In this document: positions 50,421-63,421 of the stretch, piece after piece
Layout of the letters: the number at the start of each line of letters is the position of its first letter
Position numbering within the stretch: the stretch's first letter is position 1
Notes under the pieces: model-generated
Told to the model about the DNA's origin: nothing
Seen by the model: the letters and a program-made list of their open reading frames with translations, nothing else
Database searches by the model: none
Made by a program: the position numbers and the translations under genes
Assembly: GCF_902459465.1 (NCBI RefSeq)
Contig: NC_047073.1
Location: 7,254,001-7,318,000, forward strand
Direction: 5' to 3'
From: Asterias rubens
Lineage: Eukaryota
DNA length: 64,000 nt

Positions 50421-51534
50421 TAGACGACGACATAATGGGTTCCGATCGGTTTCCAGCCATGTCATTACCACAGATAAAACCAAAACAAAACGAACATAAA
50501 CAGGTTAGACCTACTATAGGGTAGCGTGTCATGGCCGAGCGATTGCATTTCCCTCAAGGGTTATATTAAACTGGTCCCCAGGCACCCGACTAGTCCCCGG
50601 GAGACCCAGGGAGTTAAAGTTCTAAACTTTGCCCCAATTACTCTGTCTCCTCTGACCTATAACAACAATCGATCATGTAATCCTTGGATTCAACACCCGT
50701 CGACAATCCTCACGTAATCCACCATCATCCACTTATAGCTGTCCTGGATTGAGGTTTCTAAAAACGGAAAGGGATATTGGACAAAGAGAATAGAGATTGA
50801 TGAGATTGTCTGGTTTCAGTACTTTTTTTTAAATTATAACCTTTACATTTGAGACTTAACAATGACCTGTCTAGAAAAATATACAAGTCACTGTAGATTG
50901 ATTGAACAGGCAGGCTTGTCAAATTAATTCTTAATACTTAATGTCTGGTTTTAGATGTATTTTTTTTTTTTTTTTTTTTTTTCAATCTTTACTTTCTGAG
51001 GCTTGACAATGACCTGTTCTAGCAGTGTAGATTGAACAGGCAAGCTTGTCAAAATGCTAACTGTTAGAGCAAAATATTTATTTTTTTTAAAGGCTTCAAA
51101 TGCTAACATGATGACAACACATGAAGAACATTCCCCAATTCACAATCTAAGAAACTTTACTGGCAGCAAAACAACTCAGATTCAAATTTAGGGGCATAAA
51201 AACCGATGTCTTTCCCTAACCACTTTACTCCGTGGTCAAATGTTTTTCAAATTTATTTATACCATCGAAAGCTGCTGTAGGCTTCAAACCAAGTGATTAT
51301 ATTTCCATTACTTTAAGAATGATCACCAAACGTACACATTCCATTGAATGTAATAATTTCTATGCTTTAAAGATTGCCCATTCACACAGGGACAGTTTCT
51401 TTTGTTTTTACTCTCACGCCAGGTATCATTATATTAGAATTAAAAATGGCATTTCCATGGCAAATCCATTTTAAGATTTAACAATAAATCCTAAATATTC
51501 AAACGTATTTTTTTCTTCTTCTAATCCTTCCCTC

Positions 51535-52480
51535 TGTGGAGAATTGCACCCCTTCCCTTATGACCCCTACAATTTCACCCTAGTTTTGGCACTGGTAAAC
51601 AGTACTCATCCCATACAGTGTTGTTGCCCTTCATCAACATCGCGAGACTGTGCGGTTCGTGCAAACAGACATGTGGCTTTTCAGCGCTCTGGCACTGAGA
51701 CTGAAAGAGACGCAATTAACTCCCAGTTTGGGTTCCAAAGGGGTCTGGTTGTACACATCTTTTGATGACAGTTTTTATACTTTTGTTTTAACCTTGAAAG
51801 CCCCTGTACAACTTGTAGCTATTGTGTATGTTTAAAGATAAAATAAAAAAAAGTATGTGGAAGAGGTGCACCCCCTGTGACCCCTACAATTTCACTCTAG
51901 TTTTGGCGCTGGTAGACAGTCCTCCTCCCATACATTTTTGTTGCCCAACAAACGGGGGTCTTTCTTCATCAATATCGCGAGACTGCGCGGTTCATGCAAG
52001 GAGACATGTGGCTTTTCAGCGCCCAGGCACTGAGACCGAAAGAGACGCAATTAACTCCCAGTTTGGGTTCCAAATATTGACAGAAGTGCCCCTCTATGTG
52101 GAAGAGGTGCACCCCCTCCCCCCCCCCCCCCCCCCCCCACTGTGACCCCTACATTTTCACCCTAGTTTCGGCTCTGGTAAACAGTCCCTTCCAGAATTAT
52201 TTTGTGCCTAACATTACAAAGTGGTGTCTTTCATCAATATCGCGAGATTGCGCGGTTTCATGCAGAAAGACTGGAAGAGACGCAGTTAACTCCCATAAAA
52301 ATTGGGTTCCAAATATTGACAGAAGTTCCCCATCTAAGTTGAAGAGGTGCAACCCCCCCCCCCCCCCTTGTGACCCCTACAATTTCACCCTAGTTTCGGC
52401 GCTGGTAGGCATGCAGTCCTCCTCCCAAACTTGTTTGTTGCCCAACGAAGTAGGGTCTTTCTGCGCCAATATTGCAAGAC
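51535..52480. repeat. Degenerate ~250-320-bp tandem repeat, 4 units, with expanded poly-C tracts
   Basis: GAAGAGGTGCACCCC..TGTGACCCCTACAATTTCACCCTAGTTT at about 51540, 51860, 52100 and 52340. Confidence 0.85.
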
Positions 52481-52549
52481 AAGTTTGGTTTGCATGCAAA
52501 GGAAAATGGCTTTTCAGCGGTCGAGCAGGCTGTAGGATGCGCCATTTAA

Positions 52550-52903
52550 GGCACAGACACTAGTTTAAAAATAAAAACTTATTTGGTAACGAGCAATGGC
52601 GAGCTGTTGATAGTTTAAACCATTTTGAGAAACGGCTCCCTCTGAAATAATCTAGGTTTTTTTTAGAAAGAGGTAATTTTTCACTCAAATAATAAAATGC
52701 TTCAGCTGAAGCCTTTTAATCGTGCATCTGATCGAAACAAAACAAAGAAATGCAACAAGAGTGTTTTTTATATTATTCTCTTGCAAGTTCGATGAACAAT
52801 AATTGAGCCCAAATGTTCACAGGTTTGTTATCTTATTGCTTTTGTTCACAGATACACCAAGTGAGAATGCCGATCTTTGACAATAACGTGTCAATCAGTG
52901 CCT
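52550..52903. mobile_element. Kolobok-type TTAA MITE, diverged
   Basis: TTAA|GGCACAGACAC...CAGTGCCT|TTAA with main-family interior. Confidence 0.75.
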
Positions 52904-53399
52904 TTAACCTACAGTTTGGGTTCCAAATGTTGACAAGGCTGATTTACTTCGTGTACAACAGTTTGTATGCCGCTTAATAAACAGCAGAAATGAACCGTCT
53001 CCAGGGTATTATGTCGGCCGGGTTGTTTGACAGCCATGAAGTGCACACTCATATCCTGAAGTGCTTGCTTACTCCACACAAATCAACCAATATTACTTAC
53101 ATAAAGGCAATTACGTGGTTACCGAAGTCGGATTTGGTCTTGATATTGGCTAAGTGTGATATGAAGGAATGTACCATTTAGATTGCCTTGACAATGTTCT
53201 TGACCTTGGAAGGAACGGGATCATTCAAGTATTGTTTTGCAGCGTGTTTGTTTGGGTGCCGTTTTACATGCAGGCATTATTGTAATGTTACTTACAAATA
53301 TTGTATTGTAAGTAAGTAATTACTAGTGTAATTTCGTTACCATTTATACGACAACTTGGTTTTGGCAACACATTGTGGTTTACAATGTAATGTGGGGCA

Positions 53400-53630
53400 T
53401 TCAGAAACATCGTGGCAAACCCTTCTCTCGGCGATAAGTGTAACTTAACCTTTTTTTGCGTGTATTGAACAGTACACGGGACCATTGGGTTTACGTCCCA
53501 TCCGAAGGACACAGCAATCAGTATCTTGCTTAAGGACACGAGTCTAGTGGACTGGGACTCGAACCCACGTTGCTGATCAGAAAAAAACAGAGGTCGAGCT
53601 GTGTGCGCTTGACCTCTCAGTCACGAACGA
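53400..53630 (-). mobile_element. tRNA-derived SINE
   Basis: TTTACGTCCCATCCGAAGGAC..CTTGCTTAAGGACAC..CTGGGACTCGAACCCAC..GCTGATCAGAAA, the reverse complement of the head family at 497-826. Confidence 0.75.
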
Positions 53631-53936
53631 CACCAAATGTGGCGGGAGATCAAAATGCAGCACAAGAAGAAGTATACATGAAAATGTTCTCGCGACAGAG
53701 TCTGCATCAATCAACACAAAAAGGGATGGAAATAAAAGAGCGTTTGTTGTTGTCTAAACTTTTTTGGGTTGACAACAAATCCCCTATTTGCTGACTATTC
53801 CCCAGTCCCGTGAGTGGTGTACGCCAAACTTTGTATCCATAAAAGCTTCTCGCGAACCTGGATAGAGTGTGAATCATATCCATTTGACATGACTGGCTTC
53901 CTTCTAGGGGTACCCCCATGGTAATACGTGACTCAC

Positions 53937-54060
53937 CAAACACCGATATCACCGCGAAAGAATTCACGATGTGAAAGTTCACCTTTAAGTCTGGCTGGTG
54001 TGTGTAATGGGAATGCCAATAGAACTTTATCACGGTGCAGCCATCTTGAACTATTCACAT
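53937..54060 (-). promoter_or_regulatory. Candidate first (5' UTR) exon of a minus-strand transcript
   Basis: YY1-like CAAGATGGCTGC at ~54050 followed by the strong donor TTTG|GTGAGT at 53937/53936. No transcript evidence. Confidence 0.25.
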
Positions 54061-55075
54061 TGTTATAAAAAAATCAATCTGGTTCCTATTTGCAAGATGA
54101 ATTCATTATTGATATTTGATACGAGGAACATTACCAAAATGGAGGCAGCATGATAACGGCCAATAGGCAGAATGTGTTGCCTGGTGTAGCCTTCTTTTTG
54201 AAGGCACTCGACCCCTTTGGTTATTTTCGTTGATCAGTATTCCCACTTGGTGTATCACATTATAATTATGCAAAAAATAACAAATCTGTGAAAATTTGTA
54301 TTCAATTGGTAATCGAAGTTGCAAGAGAATAATGAAAGAACAAACACCAGTTTTTTATTTGTTAATTGAGTGGGAAATTACCTCTTTCTAATACGTTAGA
54401 GGGAGCCGTTTCTCTAATGCTAACAATTATTTTGAATAATTACTATAGTGTTCAGTGCCTTTAACTCTGGCTGATGAGTAAAGGGTCGGGGAGGGTACGT
54501 CAATATGCCGAAATGTGTTGCAGGCCGCCATGTTGTATTTTTGTTTTGTTGTTCTAGGCTTTCAATTTGACAAGAACACAAAGGCTTGCGTGTTGAATTA
54601 TGCAGTTATTGTCGGGTTAATCCCACTGGCAAATACTTTATCAAAGCCATGAACCACTGACTCTTTCTAATGAAGATCAAATTTGACACTTTAAACGAAT
54701 CAACATGAATTTGTTTTATTATATTGAGTAAGTGTGAACAAAATAGTACACTATTATGCACCTCGTATTAACACATGCCAATGTTATCAAGGAACCTAAA
54801 GGCTAATCAATCCATTTGGGACACGGACTTTTATAACTTCTCGGAACTTATCGGAACACTCATGTCTCTTTGAGGATATTTTAACCCTAAGTATAGGATA
54901 TCGTTGTGTGACAAATTTCGTTTTATGATTATATATGTATCTGGTATAGAAACTAAGGAAGTCTCACAAAGTGATCGGAATCACTGCAGCTCGTCAGCAT
55001 GAGGAAACTTGTAAACTAGGGTGCTTGATGTGTGAACCAGAAACACCGGGGTTAACCCCTACTCTTCCATGTTAA

Positions 55076-55405
55076 AGGCAGTGACCCTATTGGTAATTAC
55101 TCAAAATAATTACTAGCATAAAACCTTACTTGGTAACGAATAATGGGGAGAGGTTGATAGTATAAAACATTGTGAGAAACCGCTCCCTTTGAAGTAACGT
55201 AGTTTTCGAGAAAGAAGTATTTTTCGACAAATTTGATTTCGAAACCAGAGAATTAGATTTTGAGGTCTCGAAATCAAGCATCTGACAGCACACAACTTCG
55301 TGTAACGAGGGTGTTTTTTTCGTTCATTATTATGTCGCAACTTCAACGACCGATTAAGCTCAAATTTTCACAGGTTTGTTATTTTATGTATTATGTCCAG
55401 TGTCT
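55076..55405. mobile_element. Kolobok-type TTAA MITE, main family
   Basis: TTAA|AGGCAGTG...TGTCCAGTGTCT|TTAA. Confidence 0.85.
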
Positions 55406-55690
55406 TTAAGTGTACGGGTTATTTTATGAGCACTACCAGTCCTAGTATGGGACGTAGCCTACTCCTTTATAATGTCCCATCCGAAGGACAAAGTAATTTT
55501 GGTAGGTATCTTTAGATTTAAAAAAGATTTCCCTTTGCAATCTTAAACTGGCTTTTTGCCTCAGAAGATGAAAAACGCAAAACTGGTACAGTCTGTCAAG
55601 TAGGTCGGTTCAAGTCCAAGTTATTTGATGCGTAATTGAAATACAATACTTGTTTCTTTCTGGAAAATATCCAAGAACTGATGATAAGAA

Positions 55691-56489
55691 TCTATATTAT
55701 AAAAGCGCTTAAATCGCATGGGCGCCGCCATTGTTGTTTGGCAAGTTGTGCCCGCACCCTGCTAAAATGATGCGTCCTGGGGTAAATTTCGGGGTACCCG
55801 TGTTGGGACATGTGTTGTTTGTGACGTCACAGTCAAGCGCGAGCGTGTAGTAACTTTGTGATTGAGTGCAGGCGTCATTTGTGATGTCACAGTCACGGCG
55901 CGAGCGTCCAGTAACTTCGCGCGTACATACAGTACAGAACAATGCATGGGGGGAGGCACGTCGACAAGACGGGACCCGCGCGAAACTGGAAAATATGAGT
56001 TATGGGCAAACATTGGCAAGCAAAGAACACTGCAATATCGTGGGGACGGGAGAGGCACGGAGGCGTGGGTTAGATGGGAAGGGATAGGGAAGGGACACAC
56101 GGGGGAAAAATGAACGAGGCTGGCGGGGGGAAAAAATCAAAGGGGTTTGAAAACTATACAGGACAAAAAATAATCAACTGAACTGGAACAAAATAAACGA
56201 AACGGGATATAAACGCTGGGAAAGAACCACTATCGGGATCCGCTGGAAACTGGAAAATATGGATGGGATCGACAATGCCGAAACGGAAAAAATATGGACA
56301 AGTGTACGATTTCACAAAGCACTAAGGTTCGTCTTAACTTAGGATGGGTTGTTTGCCACAGTGATTTGTATTGTGACCCTGCCCAGCCACTTTAGCCCTC
56401 CCCTGTATATGTACACAACGCTACAATTGCAGCATTTTTACGTCGAGCTTTCTAGCGGGGTTGCCGCGCGAAGCGCGGCATCCCGCTAG
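55691..56489 (+). mobile_element. Non-autonomous Helitron
   Basis: A|TCTATATTATAAAAG at the 5' end. 3' hairpin CTAGCGGGGTTGCCGCGC-GAA-GCGCGGCATCCCGCTAG ending CTAG|T, giving an A-T insertion site with no TSD. Confidence 0.82.
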
Positions 56490-57414
56490 TCAACTTTAAA
56501 GACGGAATGAACCTAAAACTTGTTTTGTTGTGATCACATTCAATACCTTCTGGGGACCGAAGGCAATAACTTGAAACAAACAAGGGAAAACAGTATGTCT
56601 CCATTATGGAAATTCTAAAGACTGGGTTGCTCCAAAAGAAACTTCATATACAATGGGAAGATGTCAAGTACAGGGGAAATTGACACACAAAAACAATGTC
56701 TTTGCAGAGATGAATTTTTGAGAATGGGCAGTGAGTTTGTTATTATTTTATCCAAGATACATCCAAAATGGTCAGTATCGATGACAATAAAGCTTGCTGC
56801 CATAAATCCCTAAAATTGACAGACTTTGTTTTGATACTCAAGAAGATTCAGTAAGCTGCTCGGAGGCTTATTATCCATCCTGCCGTTATCCTTTAATGCC
56901 ATATCCCATAGTCACCCATTTCCTTCTGGGAAAAATGGTCTTAAAAAAGTCTCCGGGACCTGGAACTCTTCGGTTCAACTTTGACATTCTCAGGGTACGT
57001 GGACTATCTTTGACACTTTGTTGGTGTTATGTGTCAATTATTTAATTATTCTCGTGCCTAAACTATAAGCCAGTTACACGTCAAATGACGACTGTGTTGG
57101 TATTGAGTTTACAATTTCATAGGTCGTGTCAAAAATAGCGGCTGATAACATGCGTTGATAGCAACACCATTAGCAACACGCCCACTATATCATTAGATTC
57201 TTGAACGGAACCAAGATGGTAATATTGTGTTGCAGTCACTGTAAGGATCATTCCTTTGATATGTATATTTCAGGAAAATCATACTCTTCAAGCTTTAAGA
57301 CACAAAGCCGTACACTAAGCCACCATTTCGGGAATACCCGTAGTGTGTTGAAACGCATCTCCGTGCTTAGGAACAAAATTTGTATCGTGTTTTAGTGTTC
57401 TGAATAAAAGTTAA

Positions 57415-57761
57415 AGGCAGTGGACACTGGGTGTATCTCCACATATGCATAAAATAACAAACCTTTGAAAATTTGAGCTCAATCGGCCATCGAACTTGCG
57501 AGATAATAATGAAAGACAAAAACACCCTTGTCACACGAAGTTGTGTGCGTTTAGATGGTTGATTTCGAGACCTCAAGTTCTAAATCTGAGGTCTCGAAAT
57601 CAAATTCGTGGAAAATTACTTCTTTCTCAAAAACTACGTCACTTCAGAGGGAGCCGTTTCTAACAATGTTTTATACCATCAACCTCTCCCCATTACTCGT
57701 TACCAAGTAAGGTTTTATGCTAATAATTATTTTGAGTAATTACCAATAGTGTCCACTGCCT
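57415..57761. mobile_element. Kolobok-type TTAA MITE, main family (near-intact reference copy)
   Basis: TTAA|AGGCAGTGGACACT...AGTGTCCACTGCCT|TTAA. Confidence 0.92.
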
Positions 57762-57765
57762 TTAA

Positions 57766-58097
57766 AGCCATTATACACTTTCGGTACAGAAACCCAAACA
57801 AATTCCACAGATTTACAAATAAATTACAGGGTTTACATAAGGTAATGGTGAAAGACTTCTCTTGAAATATTGTTCCATGAAATGCTTTACTTTTTGAGAA
57901 AACACTAAAACAATATCAATTCTCGATAGCGACACGGCGAAACGCGCGAAAACAGGAGTGGGTTTTCCCGTTATTTTCTCCCGACTCCGATGACCGATTG
58001 AGCCTAAATTTTCACAGGTTTGTTATTTTATATATAAGTTGTAATACACGAAGTGTGGGACTTGGACAATACTGTTTACCGAAAGTGTATAATGCCT
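57766..58097. mobile_element. Kolobok-type TTAA MITE, second family, stacked on the previous one
   Basis: TTAA|AGCCATTATACACTTTCGGTA...TACCGAAAGTGTATAATGCCT|TTAA. Confidence 0.92.
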
Positions 58098-60237
58098 TTA
58101 AGACCGTGTCTGAATTGGACGCTACAGCTACGGCTACAATTGCGGCTTTAAAGGGTGTTTATAAGGCAACGCATGGGACGCGGCAACCCAGCTATAGCCG
58201 TTGCCGAAGCCGTCATATCTGCATGGCCTAAAGAGCCATCTCGCGTTCGCTCCGCATTGTGATCCACTTGCCTCTGATGTCGTACAGGTTAAATCGTGTT
58301 TCATAATGTTCCACATTACTATAATCTACCTGTCTTATTTTATTACAACCTGCTATATTCAAAACCCTGAAGGTAGTGCTTCTGTCAGCACATGCCTATT
58401 TCCATTGTCTTATTATAACCTCCATCGGTCAGATCGTACGCCATGATATCCTTAGTCTTGGGCCAAGACTATGATATCCTAAGCTGGGCCATGTCCACGC
58501 CCAGAGAGGGTTGTCGGTCAACAGGGGTCAGTAATTTGGTTTGCAGGGAAAAACTCTGCCAGCATCCTTTGTGTATCAAATCGATATGTTAAACAAACAA
58601 AGAACCTTAAAATACCGTTATAATTCGTTATAATGAATTAGTTCCCGCTGACAATATAATATAGGCCTAATTCAGTGGCACGATTTGGGCTTTCGTAAAA
58701 GTTTGCATTATTTAGACGAACAACACCCGTGTTCTGTGTAGCGCCCTCTCTCTGCAATGTTCTAATTAGTCCGTTCTTAAAATACTCCGCTTCAGACGTT
58801 ACCAACAAAACCCGGTCAACGACCCCTCATAGGCCCCTCTCACACACACTAGCGGGATATGACACTCTCCGTCGTTATATTCTTAATAAACGAGAAGCAG
58901 TGCCCACCAGACAGAAACCAAATAATTGTCCCGCCAGGAGGCGATGTTAAATTGAGCAGTAGTTGGGCTGGTTTATAGCTCCGTTCCCAACAGTCGCCTC
59001 AAGCAAAAGTAACGTTGATCTTGAACGTGTCAAAGAAGTCCAATTTGTTAAGTTCCCGTGGGCACCCCAATTGAGTACATCCCCTCTATAGTCGAGAGAA
59101 GGGGGTTTGTCCTTTGTGTGTGTGAGTGTGACAGCTTTAGCGTGGATAAAAGCTTTGCAGGCCCCCGTGCACAACATACCTTTGGGAGGCCAGACAAACT
59201 TCAACTGTCACAATATACGTATTGGGTACAAGATCAATCAATTAGGTCGAACTTTTTTTACCAAACTGAACTGACCGGTTGCATTATTTTAGGGCTGCGG
59301 TCAATAATTATTTACTCTTTTTACCAGACACCCATTATTTTGAGACAATACCCTCCGTGCCCTGTGTGCAACGACAACAAGCCATATTTCATATGAAGTT
59401 AAATTTATTTGCCTGGCAGCCTCTGTTTCGTTACAATAATTTGAATGAGAGACAAACAAGATGGCTGAATCATGACTGGGCCCAATTTCATAATGCTGCT
59501 AAATCAGAAAATTTCGCTTGGAGGCATTTTGTACGACACAAAACACATATTCCACAGATGTACATCTTTAAACGGTCCGAACATGTAGAAAGCTTTCCTT
59601 AAAATTGCTGAGGTGCTATAGTTTTTAAAAATGAGTACAACAATTTCACGAAAACAATCTTTGTCCTATAGGAGACGCAAATTTTGTACGCGACTCTCCT
59701 GAAAACATTGCTCTGTGATTTTCACTTTTTTTTTCTCAAAACATGACGACTATTGAAGCTGAAACTTCTTTATAATTACATACATCTTCACCCACAGTCA
59801 GCAGAGATTCATGCCGTGGCCTCAAACTCGATCAGTTACAAGAATATGATGACCCATCATGACATCTTTTAAAAGTTATCAGCTGATCATGTGGTTGAAA
59901 AGTCATCTATCTGATTAATTCATCAGCTATTAAGTAACAAACCACAAGGGAAGCTGACTGGCACCCTGAACCTATAGACGACATACAGGGCCATCGCTCG
60001 TCTCATAGTATTCACCGACATTGTGAGACAATTCGACACACCTCATCAAAACTGCTCCAAATGAGAACATTTTCAAATCTACGCTTTGGACGATCCTCTT
60101 TAATAAATATACTAACTTCTTTTTTAAAGTGCTCGCGACATTGTGTGATGCACAATAAGTGCAGTTTAGTAAGGAGGCGCTACACAAATTGCTGCTACAC
60201 AATTTTCCATTATTATAAGGAGACCATCAGCATGAAA

Positions 60238-60296
60238 GGCTGGATGGCTCAGTTGGTAGACCTCAATATGGAGGTCGTAGGTTCAAGTCCCGCTCT
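60238..60296 (+). mobile_element. tRNA-like SINE-head remnant
   Basis: GGCTGGATGGCTCAGTTGGTAGA..GGAGGTCGTAGGTTCAAGTCCCGCTCT, with a deleted anticodon region. Confidence 0.65.
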
Positions 60297-63055
60297 TAAT
60301 ATTCAACTCAAAACTATTAACCCTTCTTCGAAGTTATAATGACCTTTTCCTAGTGTCACTATCAAATGAGTATATGCAACGACACTTATGCAAGAATCAC
60401 CCCTATCACACCTGCACTAGCCGCGTGACATGACGTGGACAATATAGAAAAACGGCACCAAAACAAACCAACAATTAGTTGAAGTCATTCCAATCCGGAA
60501 AGGTAGCACAGACGTTTGTGAGGACAAAATGTGCGCCATATTGGCTGGCTCGTCTGTATTCAGACAAGTTTCCTATGACATCATATGGTGTCACTCGCAC
60601 TTTTTAACGTAGACCAAACTGTGGTTCAATGGCGACATCAATTACTAGGAATTACTGCCGCCGAACGGTGAACAATAAGATGCACACCGATAATACTCGC
60701 TCAATGTCGCGTGACAAAGCCATTGTTTTAAGACGATGAGTCACTCGTGATTCAAAAGCCGTTTCCTCTCTCCCAAATGTATCACATTCTGCCAGAAAAT
60801 CTCTCTTAATGTGTGGAGCATAAGAAGATTAAAGTGTTCGGGCCGTTAGGGGTAGATTATTGCCAGGTTTCACGTGACCTTTGAGACATAATAGGATCTC
60901 CCTCAACTAAGGTCATTGTAATTCCATAGGATATGTGGGGGTTTTCAGCGTGATTTCCACTTGCTTATTAAAACACAAGACGTAAGAAGACAGAAGAAAT
61001 TACATTGCTCGTCAGCTCTAGTGCCTTCACGAAACCACGGATTCGTCTCAGACTCAGGCACAGGCTAGCTTGTGCTCTCAGTTGTTATAGCAATTGCGCG
61101 TGCTTTGCGTATACGCGCTCAGGGCTTCAGGCCACCAGAGAACGGAGCCTGAAGCCGAATCCAAAGCTGGAGTCATGGCCTCGTACAGGGCCTGGGTGTT
61201 AATTTTCTTTTGGGATGAAAGTTATTTTACGGGAAGGTACATCTCTCTGATGCCGCTTTTTATACTGTTGCTCTTCCTTGGACGGTCCCTATTAACATAA
61301 TTCTACGTCTTGAGATTTAAGATGAACATCTTCAGAGGATGAAACCTTATGGTGCACATTCATCAGTTTTATTTTCAGTTTGAAAAAACAAGTTTGTTAT
61401 ATAAATAGATACTTATTTAAACCCAACAACTTGTATTAAGGCAAGTCTGCGGCCCGTCTAATCAAGAGAAAGCACATGTGGGACACGAACGCATAATATT
61501 TCAGTTCGCACAAGTAAAATCAACGAAGTATGTATTAAGAGACTGCGTTCTTTGACACATTTTACGAGCACTTGTCTGAGCTGTCATTACATGGCCATTT
61601 TGTCGCATGACCCCGGATACAGTCAAACACCAATATGGACCCTACACCGATGACATTGCAAACTGTGAACATATGGCAGAGGGGAACATACAAAAACCCT
61701 GCATGTATTATTACATCAATCTTTTACACGAACAATTTTGTTCTTAAAGAAACAAAATACTACAACTTGTACCAGACTACACAAGGCTTTGCTGGAAAGC
61801 CCCGCGGGTTAGCTGAGAGGCTATTAAGGAAATTCCCATTTCTGGTGAGGAAAGTGCAGTAGCATGTGTGGGGAGCTGATGATAGGTGCACCATTGCCAA
61901 CAACTTGGCTCAACTTGACTTGGAGACACGTTCCGTGAGCGTCTAAGGTCACGGACCAGCACTTCCAATTAGTTCCCATCCGCTTAAAACATTATTATGC
62001 TCAGGCAAGAAGGTTGGAGGATAAAGTTAGAAAATATGGAGACCCCAAAAATGACAAGTGCTGATTTTTGCTGTTTCATTGTGGAGTATAAACAAAAGAT
62101 ATAGAGAAGAAAAAAAGTTGGTCTTTAAAATCAGACAAGGGCACTCCTCCTGTCTATCAGTGAACCCAGTGAGATGGTTACTTAATTTGTCGACGCGTCA
62201 GCTGCGAATATTGTCGCCTTGAAGTGGCGAAAACAAAGTCTAGGTATTAGAGGTACTACCCTTGAGTTAACATAGATAAGGCTCTTACTGAAAATCGTGA
62301 TCGTACAGAGGCAACTAAGCTGGTACATGATAACTTTGGTCCACATTACAACTTTTGTAGACGATAGGTGGGTAGAGGGCGCCCTCAAATCATTATTTCA
62401 TACAGGGTTCAGTCGTTTCATGTTTAAGGAGAATGGACGAGAAAGTGAAGAGTCTATTCTTTGACTTGAACTATTTCCCCAAGCATTGTACTTTGTCAAA
62501 CGACGTTTGGTCACATCTATAACTATTTTGTAAGATGTATAATCATTTTATAGGCAACATTATCGAGTACAACGTTTCGATCAGTGTACATATATGGTCT
62601 TACTAAAACAAAATAACTTGAACATGTTTTTGGAAATAAAAATAAATTAAAAAAAATCAGCTGTGTTTAACATAATTTTATCTTTCAAATTGGAAAAACC
62701 GTCGTTTTTAATAAAACCACATTTGTTTGTAACGAATCTGCAGTGAAGTGTAGATTCGTAAACACACATATACACTTTCATCAATAGAGTGACGTCACAG
62801 AAATAGTTTAAAACACAATAACCAAAGTTGCAAACTGAACAGCACAAATTGTAAGTCACACAAACACCCGTTTAGGGGAGATTGTGGCGAGAATAATTAG
62901 CAAGACCACGTTTCTGCACCTTCCCTTAAGATTATGTGCACGACGATAATGACTTCAGGTATGGGGTCACGTAATACGATCCGAAGATATCAGACCTATT
63001 AATAGTCAAAAAGTTGTCATGTTATAAAGGTATAGGCAGTTGGGTGCGCCATTAA

Positions 63056-63421
63056 AGATGCTATGTCAGTTTTTGGCCGATTTGACCCAAAAAATTTGAT
63101 TTAAAATTCAATAGGTATTTTAATGGGGGTCGAGAAAGTTACAAGCTTTCATTTGAGCCATTGCTCGAAAAAGTCTGCCAATTATTAGTAGCAGTGAAAT
63201 AAAGTGCTCAAAATTAGTTTTTGTCGGGATCCCGACAATATATCACGGGACCAATTCTTATGTGTTTTATAAGAAACGTTTTAAATTTGTGTCATGGTTC
63301 CTAACCATTAAAAGTAAAAGTTGAACTTTTTTCGTTAGAGCGGGTGACACTCTTTGAAATACCATTCACTCAAAAAAATCTATTTTTTAATGTTTGGGGC
63401 CAAAAATCTGACATAGCATCT
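63056..63421. mobile_element. Kolobok-type TTAA MITE
   Basis: TTAA|AGATGCTATGTCAG...CTGACATAGCATCT|TTAA. Confidence 0.88.

Noticed and set aside
61094-62060. Semi-open plus-strand frames suggesting a gene start
   Set aside because: Multiple stops, no recognisable domain and no consistent splice structure.
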